From contig JABIGM010000066.1 in assembly GCA_018650165.1 (NCBI GenBank), forward strand, positions 1 through 20,864: a stretch of DNA of 20,864 bases, given 5' to 3'. Source of the DNA: Methanobacteriota archaeon (GTDB lineage: Archaea; Thermoplasmatota; Poseidoniia; Poseidoniales; Poseidoniaceae). How positions within the stretch are numbered: the first letter of the stretch is position 1; every line of letters starts with the position of its first letter. Made by a program: the position numbers and the translations under genes. Positions 1 through 6,612 of the stretch are shown here, piece after piece. Below the pieces are notes generated by a model, which worked only from the letters and a program-made list of their open reading frames with translations, did no database searches and had not been told where the DNA came from.

Positions 1-572
1 AGTACAGAGACCATAATTTCACTGTAATCATTACCAGGTTCCATGTCACCTTCAGCTGATGTCTCTACTACAACTACATAGTCTCCAGTAATTGGAGTCC
101 AAGTAATAGTTGCACCTTGGTAGGTCATGGTATACTTACCATTAGCGAGGTTAGCACCAGCGTCTAGTGTGGACCAAGGGCAAACGAATGCGTCATTACA
201 GACTACATCGCCATTGTTCCAAGACAGGTCATTACCTGCTGCGTCCTTAGCAATCATGCCTCGGGCGCCACCTTCAGACAGATACACTGTGACGGAAATA
301 CCCATCTCAGTGATCGCTGCATCACCAGAATTGGTAATGAATGCCTCAAAGTTCACATCTTGTCCGGCTTTTAGCGTATGTAGCTGCTCGCCGGTAATGC
401 TGTCGGTCGTTGTCTCGCGTGGCGAGAGTATGCTCACAACTTCTGCGTCTGGGCCTGCCCGGCCTTCAGTATCATTTTTTTCCTGAAGATTCAATTCAGA
501 AAAGTTATTTGGAGAGAATACAAAACCGACAACTAGTAGCGAAAAGACAAAAACTTTGAATTGAGAATTCAT
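1..572 (-). CDS. Secreted/surface protein with CARDB/Ig-like domain (N-terminal part only; runs off the left edge)
   Basis: Missing from the ORF track; translated by hand. ATG at 572 is preceded by GGTGA and stays open to position 1: MNSQFKVFVFSLLVVGFVFSP (signal-like) ... DAEVVSILSP ... VNFEAFITNSGD ... ITWTPITGDYVVVVETSAEGDMEPGND. The pattern of I.N.G, W.P..G.Y.V.V and P.ND fits a CARDB-like beta-sandwich. Confidence 0.75.
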   Translation of the reverse strand, partial: MNSQFKVFVFSLLVVGFVFSPNNFSELNLQEKNDTEGRAGPDAEVVSILSPRETTTDSITGEQLHTLKAGQDVNFEAFITNSGDAAITEMGISVTVYLSEGGARGMIAKDAAGNDLSWNNGDVVCNDAFVCPWSTLDAGANLANGKYTMTYQGATITWTPITGDYVVVVETSAEGDMEPGNDYSEIMVSV

Positions 573-578
573 AGGTGT

Positions 579-583
579 TCACC
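579..583 (-). promoter_or_regulatory. Shine-Dalgarno GGTGA for the CARDB-like gene
   Basis: Minus strand reads cgGGTGAacacctATG, 6-nt spacer; GGTGA is the usual euryarchaeal RBS core. Confidence 0.65.
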
Positions 584-606
584 CGAATGGTGGCGCTAGT
601 GCATAT

Positions 607-633
607 AGTAATTACTCAAATTGAATAACTACT
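607..633. promoter_or_regulatory. 27-bp imperfect inverted repeat, candidate transcription-factor site
   Basis: AGTAATTACTCAA-A-TTGAATAACTACT: 13-bp arms with 11/13 matching, abutting an AT-rich TATA-like stretch (minus strand TTACTATATG) upstream of the ATG at 572. Confidence 0.4.
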
Positions 634-1786
634 CTAAAGGATTATTTGGGCTGACTAAAATACCAGTCTGTGCGGTTGGAAGGTTATCTAAATCAGTGAA
701 AGTTAGATTTGTTCCTGGCGCAATACCACCTTCAATACGCTCCGCCATTGAACATCTTACATTCAGTTGAATACGTCCTCTATTTCTCGTTAAGTCATAG
801 GATTGGGGGTTTAATTTTTCAATCGCCTGTCTCTCAAATTGTTTGCGGACTGACTTGCCGTGCCACCAAGCATAGCCCCACTGGAAAGTAACTCCAACTG
901 CAGTTGCACAGTACAAAACTAACAGAACTGTTGCGGAAAACAGAACAGTGTTTCCACCATCTCTCGCCTCTGCCATTAGGTCACGTCCAAGCAAGAAGAA
1001 TAATCCGACTCCTACAATTGGAGTAAGCATTGAATCTAACCAATCTGAAATCGGTATAATTCTCCCCCGTGCGGGGTCGACTAAAACCAGATTAGATTCG
1101 AGGGCCGTTGTTACGATACCTACTATTCCAACGAGCAGGATATAGAATAAGCCAGAAAGAGCAAATTCAAGCAATATTGTGTCGAGGCGTAAGGTCCAGT
1201 GAATTATTAGCCAAGAAAATAACCCCAGGAAAACGACCCGTGGAACATGGTGGAAATGAACCGCAATATTTGACGTATCCAGAACCTTTGCATCACTACT
1301 GCAATGGTCATTTCCAGCATCAGGGATGTGAATAATTTGTTTGCCAAACCATGTCTCAAGTAACTTTATTGCATTAATCAGAACTCTCCGACGAATTAGA
1401 ACTACTTCCATGGCATACAATACAGGGATTCCAAGAATAATAATCGGTATTGATATAACAGCAACAACAGGCAAAATAAAGACCATTGGGGTTAGCAAAA
1501 AGTGTGTAAGCGTGAGTGGATAAAGTAGGTCAGTTTCATTCAGTTTCGCCCGACTTGGCTTGAGTCCCAATCGTCTTGCTTCATCATCGAGGACAGCTCT
1601 AAATTGCTCAACCTGCATTCCCGCATCAAGAATTTTCTGAACAGTGCTGCGGTAAGTCCTCTCCGCTGGACCCATTCCTAAAATCATTGTTCGATAGAGG
1701 AGTTTAGCGGGTAACGCCAACAGTAATGGCAGCCCCAAAATTGCAATGGCCCACAGCAGATTCTCTACATCGAGACCCGAGGCCAT
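629..1786 (-). CDS. Uncharacterised multi-pass membrane protein (about 7-8 TM segments)
   Basis: 394-aa ORF (track start TTG 1813; ATG at 1786, MASGLDVENLLW, preferred). Several long hydrophobic stretches, e.g. LWAIAILGLPLLLALPA, PMVFILPVVAVISIPIIILGIPVL, FALSGLFYILLVGIVGIV. No family motif recognised. Confidence 0.8.
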   Translation of the reverse strand: MASGLDVENLLWAIAILGLPLLLALPAKLLYRTMILGMGPAERTYRSTVQKILDAGMQVEQFRAVLDDEARRLGLKPSRAKLNETDLLYPLTLTHFLLTPMVFILPVVAVISIPIIILGIPVLYAMEVVLIRRRVLINAIKLLETWFGKQIIHIPDAGNDHCSSDAKVLDTSNIAVHFHHVPRVVFLGLFSWLIIHWTLRLDTILLEFALSGLFYILLVGIVGIVTTALESNLVLVDPARGRIIPISDWLDSMLTPIVGVGLFFLLGRDLMAEARDGGNTVLFSATVLLVLYCATAVGVTFQWGYAWWHGKSVRKQFERQAIEKLNPQSYDLTRNRGRIQLNVRCSMAERIEGGIAPGTNLTFTDLDNLPTAQTGILVSPNNPLE

Positions 1787-1849
1787 GTGGGGATGTGCGG
1801 GCTTACCCCTCAAGAATGTTCATGGAGGGTCGAGGCCTAATCGTAGTTA

Positions 1850-2830
1850 ATGGCCCGGATAGCAGTTACTGACGGCATGGCACCCGAAGCGGTTGCAGTT
1901 CTAGAAAAGGCAGGGCACGAAGTGACTCTTGGTTTTATTGAAAAGGCAGATTTGTTATCCGGGGCACTGAAAGAATTCGATGCCATAATTGTTCGAAGTG
2001 CGACAAAACTCGCCTCTGAGATCATTGATGCTAGTAGTGGCTTGAAAGTGATAGGCAGAGCAGGGGTAGGTGTAGATAATATCGATCTAGAATCTGCAGG
2101 TAAATCTGGAGTAATGGTGGTAAATGCACCGAATGCTTCCACTCAGTCAGTTGTTGAATTAACCATTGGTCATCTGTTGTCATCACTACGCCATATCCCA
2201 CGTTCAGACCGTGGAATGCGAGATGGAAAATGGGAAAAAAGCGAGATGAAGGGAACTGAACTTTCAGGTAAGTGCCTTGGGCTAATCGGATTTGGCAGAA
2301 TAGCACAAGGTGTTGCAGCGGTTGCTACAGCAATGGGGATGGAAATTCACACTTATGACCCCTACCTTCCTCCAAAAGTCGCTAATGCACAAGGTGCATA
2401 CTTACACAAGAAAGTAGACACGCTGTTCAAAACATGTACCCACATCTCAATACATTGCAATCTAACAGAAGAAACTCATCATCTAGTCGATAAAAAAAGA
2501 ATGAATCTGATGCCGGGCAAGCAAGGTCGAATTGAATGTGGCAATCACATTGTGAATTGTGCGCGCGGCGGCATTATTGACGAAGTTGCGCTACTTACCG
2601 CACTTGAGAATGGTACAGTGACCAGTGCTGCACTCGATGTGTTCGAAGTCGAACCTGTAACAACTGAAAATAAATTAATCCAGCACCCTAATTTTCATGG
2701 CACACCACACATAGGAGCTGCTACAAAGGAAGCACAGAGCAGAGTTGGCCTAGATATCGCAGCAGCAGTAATCGAAGCATTGTCTGGTAAAAAGCCTCAA
2801 ACTTTGGTTAATAGTAAATATCTGGATTAG
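1850..2830 (+). CDS. serA: D-3-phosphoglycerate dehydrogenase-like D-2-hydroxyacid dehydrogenase, short form without ACT domain
   Basis: Motifs IVRSATK, GRAGVGVDNID, GLIGFGRIA (NAD-binding), NCARGGIIDE, LDVFEVEP and TPHIGAATKEAQ; 326 aa with no C-terminal regulatory domain. Substrate assignment is by motif similarity only. Confidence 0.85.
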   Translation: MARIAVTDGMAPEAVAVLEKAGHEVTLGFIEKADLLSGALKEFDAIIVRSATKLASEIIDASSGLKVIGRAGVGVDNIDLESAGKSGVMVVNAPNASTQSVVELTIGHLLSSLRHIPRSDRGMRDGKWEKSEMKGTELSGKCLGLIGFGRIAQGVAAVATAMGMEIHTYDPYLPPKVANAQGAYLHKKVDTLFKTCTHISIHCNLTEETHHLVDKKRMNLMPGKQGRIECGNHIVNCARGGIIDEVALLTALENGTVTSAALDVFEVEPVTTENKLIQHPNFHGTPHIGAATKEAQSRVGLDIAAAVIEALSGKKPQTLVNSKYLD

Positions 2831-2850
2831 AATTGGTTACCCGTGACAGG

Positions 2851-2866
2851 TTTGTTTCGCTTTCTT
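2851..2866 (+). terminator. Possible archaeal T-rich terminator after serA
   Basis: TTTGTTTCGCTTTCTT 20 nt after the serA stop; archaeal intrinsic terminators are oligo-T tracts. Confidence 0.3.
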
Positions 2867-2894
2867 CAAAAACCCTCGGCGATGGAGTTGTGGT

Positions 2895-3995
2895 ATGGCA
2901 TCACGGATTCTCATCCACTGTGACCTCGATGCCTTCTTCGCCGCAGTCGAAACTCTGCATCATAATTTAGATTCCACTGTCCCGCTAATTCTTGGTTCAG
3001 ACCCCAAAGGTGGAAAAGGAAGGGGAATCGTTTCGACTTGTAATTATGCAGCCCGTAAATACGGAATTCATTCGGCAATGCCGATTGGGGAAGCCTGGCG
3101 CCGCTGCCCTGGACCTCCTCATGGTACGGGGCACTATCTGAGGTCTACTCGGGGATTGTATACCAGAGCCAGCAGAAAAGTTATGGCAATACTAGCAGAG
3201 TATGCTGATAAATTTGAGCAAGCAAGTATCGATGAAGCCTATTTGGATGTCACTGAATATTGTGAGGGCGATTGGGATAGAGCTCTTGCATTGACTCGGG
3301 ATTTACAAACTACAATTATGACGAAATTAGGCCTATCTACTTCTTTTGGAATTGGACCAACGCGTATTCTGGCAAAAATGGGGAGTGAAGAAAACAAACC
3401 AGCGGGAATACATCGCACACTGCCTGATGAAATTGTGAGTTTTTTTGAGGGCCGTTCTGTAAGGGAAGTACCGGGAATTGGTCCCAAAACAGCAACTCGG
3501 TTAGCAGAATGGGGTATTACGACAATGAGTGAAGCCTCTGAAAATGGAGAAATAGCTCTAGCGAGATTCACTTCGGAGCGGTTTGCTAATTGGATTGTGC
3601 GAGTGATAGATGGTGACTCAAGTGATGATGTAAGTCCTCTGAGGAGTCGAAAATCAGTTGGCAAAGAATACACATTTGAATTCGACCAACTAGATAGTGA
3701 AATGGTAATTTCACAGCTTTCATTACTTGTTTCTAAAGTACTTGGTAGAGCCAAAGAGATGAGTGTCGCAGGTAGGCTTGGAGAAGTAAAAATACGGTAC
3801 CAGGGATTCGAAACACACACTCATGGCAGATCTATTCCAGTTGCAATGGATGATGAAACTGTATTCATGCGACTTGCACATGGTTTGTTTGCTGAAAATG
3901 TAGATTTAGACAGACCGATTAGGTTGATTGGCTTTCGTCTAGGAAACCTTGAGATGCCTCTAACCAGGCAATCAACACTCGATTTTGATGAGTGA
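2895..3995 (+). CDS. dinB: DNA polymerase IV (Y-family translesion polymerase)
   Basis: HCDLDAFFAAVE (catalytic Asp and F-F steric gate as in E. coli DinB), VSTCNYAARKYGIHSAMP, EQASIDEAYLD, SFGIGPTRILAK, HhH VPGIGPKTATRL, little-finger RKSVGKEYTF ... PIRLIGFRL. Confidence 0.96.
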   Translation: MASRILIHCDLDAFFAAVETLHHNLDSTVPLILGSDPKGGKGRGIVSTCNYAARKYGIHSAMPIGEAWRRCPGPPHGTGHYLRSTRGLYTRASRKVMAILAEYADKFEQASIDEAYLDVTEYCEGDWDRALALTRDLQTTIMTKLGLSTSFGIGPTRILAKMGSEENKPAGIHRTLPDEIVSFFEGRSVREVPGIGPKTATRLAEWGITTMSEASENGEIALARFTSERFANWIVRVIDGDSSDDVSPLRSRKSVGKEYTFEFDQLDSEMVISQLSLLVSKVLGRAKEMSVAGRLGEVKIRYQGFETHTHGRSIPVAMDDETVFMRLAHGLFAENVDLDRPIRLIGFRLGNLEMPLTRQSTLDFDE

Positions 3996-6464
3996 TTATT
4001 CGAGTTTGTGCATTTGAGTTAAAATCGTTGTAAAATCTTTGAGTTCTTCCGGTATTACAATCCCGCTAATTGGAACATTGAGCGATAGTCCTGCTTCCTT
4101 CTTTGTCCTCCAAGTTGCTCCATTGAACTCTTCAATTGCAGATGTCAACTGCCGTAGAGAATCATCTTGCGGAGTCCTTGGGGGGAACTCCCGAACATCA
4201 ACTGCACTATTTTCGTATAGAGAATCGGAAATATGGTGGGTGAAGAATGGACACACAGGTGATAATGCCGACATCAAATCGCGAACAATTCTATGAATCG
4301 TCCATGCTGCATTGGTGTCACCATCATACAATCTTGACTTTGACATTTCAAGCCAGTGACTTGGAAGAATCCCCGTTCCAAAGGTTTTGAGTGCCTGAGT
4401 TGCAGTGTAAATATCGAGTTCAGACCAACCTTTTTCCACCTTTTCCATAGTGCTCGCAAATTCGGCTAAAATCCATCTATCCTCAACAGATAAATCTGAA
4501 GGCATAGCATCAAGGTCTGCAGGAGAATCAAATTGACTAGCAAACCTTGCAACATTGAACAACTTGGTTAGAACGCCAAAATATTTAGCCTCAATTTCTT
4601 CAGGATTAATATGGAAATCATCACCAACTTGTGCGTCACATGCCTTCCAAAGCCTGAAACATTCAGAACCGATTTTGTTTGCTCTCAACTGAACACTTTT
4701 GTCAGGGCCACGTACTCTCCACGAGCCTGTCTTGCCACCGGCTCCACACTCGAGAACACTATCGGCATCGATGCCATTACCGAGAGATTTGGACATTTTC
4801 CGACCCCATGGGTCCATTCCTAGACCATCAATCCAGACATGCTTGAACCCGGGCTTGTCGAGCAATAGTGTACTTTTGAGAAGAGTATAGTACAGCCATG
4901 TTCTCACGATCTCTTTTCCTTGAGGACGAATCGCCGTTGGAAATGCTTTCTCGAATGTATCCATGTCATTTAGATACCCCGAAACAAACAAATTTGAATT
5001 GCTAGAATCCATCCAGGTGTCAAATACCTTTTCTTCACCAATAATCTCACCAAGTTCACTCTTTAGCTCACCATATGTTCCGAGTACTTCACGACTATCA
5101 CGGTCCAAAACTTCACTAGAATCTGGTGGAGATTCACACCATGGTTGCACATAGACTCCAGAAGGTGCACAGATTACCTTTGTTCGATTGTCTGCGTACC
5201 AAATTGGAATTTCCGTATGGTACCATCGTCGACGACTAATTGGCCAGTCTATCGAGATATTATCCATCCAATCTAGCAAGAATTGCTTATTCCTCGGAGG
5301 GTGGAATTCGATTTCATCAGCAAGCTCACTAATTCTATCCTGAATATGCGTTTGGCGAACATACCATTCCTTCAATAAAATAATTTCAACTGGGTTCTTT
5401 CCACGCTCAGATACTGGGACTTCTTGCTCTTTCTCAACTATTTGGTGAATTTTATTCTCACTCTCGAGATGTTCGATTACTGCTTTTCTGGCTTCAGAGA
5501 CCTTCATCGATGCAAATGGACCAGCAATGTCTGTCATACAACCATCTAAATCAATGGCCTGGAATGGAGTGAGTCCTAACTCCCTAAATACGGCTACGTC
5601 ATTCTGGTCTCCGAAAGAACAAACCATTAGTATTCCTGAACCGAAGTCACTCTTAACTGATGGATGGGTTGCTATTTCAACGCTAATTTCACGACCTGAA
5701 ACTGGAATTGGAAGCATTGCTTTCTTGCCAATAAGATGCTGATATCGTTTGTCATCAGGGTGAACGACAACAATCCCACATGCACAAATTAATTCTGGGC
5801 GAGTTGTTGAGATAATCATCTCTTCACCATCTTCTGTAGTCCACTTTACATCAATGAGTTTTGTTCTACGCTGCAGGCGTTCAACCTCAGCATCAGCAAT
5901 GGTAGTTCCCTCTACAGGATCATAAATATTTGGACGCAAATCTTCGACAATTGCTCCGCGCTTGAATAACTCTGTGAAGATAGTTTGAGTTACCATTCGA
6001 TAATTTGGTGCATCGGTAAGATATTCATTTGCGAAATCCATAGAAAGTCCAACTCTTCGTGCAGTATTTCGCATCGATTGAGTGAACTCTTCTATTGTTT
6101 CTTTACATAATTCTAGGAATTCCGCACGGTCATATGTTTTCATTTTACGTCCAGTGTTCTTTTCCACAGTAAACTCAACATTGATTCCATTTCTGTCTAC
6201 GCCCCACGGGAATTTTACTTCTTTCCCTAGTAGTCTCTGTGACCTCGCAATTACGTCAATCATACTGTATTGTGCCACGGCTCCTATGTGCCAGGTGCCA
6301 CTCGGATATGGGGGGGGTGTATCGATGACAAAAATCTCCTTACCAGAGTCGGGATTAAATCCGTAACGCTTGGAATAAGCATCCTCATCAGAGTAGTGTT
6401 CTTGTTGAATTTTCTTTTCGAGGTCGATTGACCAGCGCTTGTCGGTTAGTCGAGGGGCAGACAT
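3996..6464 (-). CDS. valS: Valyl-tRNA synthetase, archaeal type
   Basis: IDTPPPYPSGTWHIGA (HIGH-like), STTRPELICACG, WPISRRRWYHTEIPIW, DTWMDSS, PQGKEIVRTW, GRKMSKSLGN; no bacterial C-terminal coiled coil. Start moved from 6521 to ATG 6464 (MSAPRL), which has GGTGAG 5 nt upstream. Confidence 0.96.
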   Translation of the reverse strand: MSAPRLTDKRWSIDLEKKIQQEHYSDEDAYSKRYGFNPDSGKEIFVIDTPPPYPSGTWHIGAVAQYSMIDVIARSQRLLGKEVKFPWGVDRNGINVEFTVEKNTGRKMKTYDRAEFLELCKETIEEFTQSMRNTARRVGLSMDFANEYLTDAPNYRMVTQTIFTELFKRGAIVEDLRPNIYDPVEGTTIADAEVERLQRRTKLIDVKWTTEDGEEMIISTTRPELICACGIVVVHPDDKRYQHLIGKKAMLPIPVSGREISVEIATHPSVKSDFGSGILMVCSFGDQNDVAVFRELGLTPFQAIDLDGCMTDIAGPFASMKVSEARKAVIEHLESENKIHQIVEKEQEVPVSERGKNPVEIILLKEWYVRQTHIQDRISELADEIEFHPPRNKQFLLDWMDNISIDWPISRRRWYHTEIPIWYADNRTKVICAPSGVYVQPWCESPPDSSEVLDRDSREVLGTYGELKSELGEIIGEEKVFDTWMDSSNSNLFVSGYLNDMDTFEKAFPTAIRPQGKEIVRTWLYYTLLKSTLLLDKPGFKHVWIDGLGMDPWGRKMSKSLGNGIDADSVLECGAGGKTGSWRVRGPDKSVQLRANKIGSECFRLWKACDAQVGDDFHINPEEIEAKYFGVLTKLFNVARFASQFDSPADLDAMPSDLSVEDRWILAEFASTMEKVEKGWSELDIYTATQALKTFGTGILPSHWLEMSKSRLYDGDTNAAWTIHRIVRDLMSALSPVCPFFTHHISDSLYENSAVDVREFPPRTPQDDSLRQLTSAIEEFNGATWRTKKEAGLSLNVPISGIVIPEELKDFTTILTQMHKLE

Positions 6465-6468
6465 CTGG

Positions 6469-6474
6469 CTCACC
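6469..6474 (-). promoter_or_regulatory. Shine-Dalgarno GGTGAG for valS
   Basis: Minus strand reads gctGGTGAGccagATG. Confidence 0.65.
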
Positions 6475-6612
6475 AGCCCTGCGTGCGTCATCCGCGCAGG
6501 TCCGGCGGGCCCTCGTAGCATTTACCTTTGAACTGATTGGAAGGGGCGAATATGAACTCGAGATGGGTATGCTTTCAAATGTGCTAAGCCCGACGGACCA
6601 CTGAGGGGCATC

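Noticed and set aside
127-486. 119-aa + strand ORF
   Set aside because: Antisense shadow of the minus-strand CARDB-like gene, which has a signal peptide, an RBS and a longer open frame.
3239-3820. 193-aa minus-strand ORF inside dinB
   Set aside because: Ser/Leu-rich antisense shadow with no motif, fully within a confidently identified gene.
6310-6317. G8 homopolymer as a phase-variation or slippage site
   Set aside because: It encodes the invariant PPP of the ValRS TPPPY motif in an intact essential gene.
6465-6521. 19-aa N-terminal extension of ValRS given by the ORF track
   Set aside because: ATG 6464 has a good RBS; the extension corresponds to the GC-rich leader.
6465-6612. tRNA or known ncRNA in the largest intergenic gap
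   Set aside because: No cloverleaf, TPsiC (GTTCRA) arm or box C/D pair found by eye; only short hairpins.
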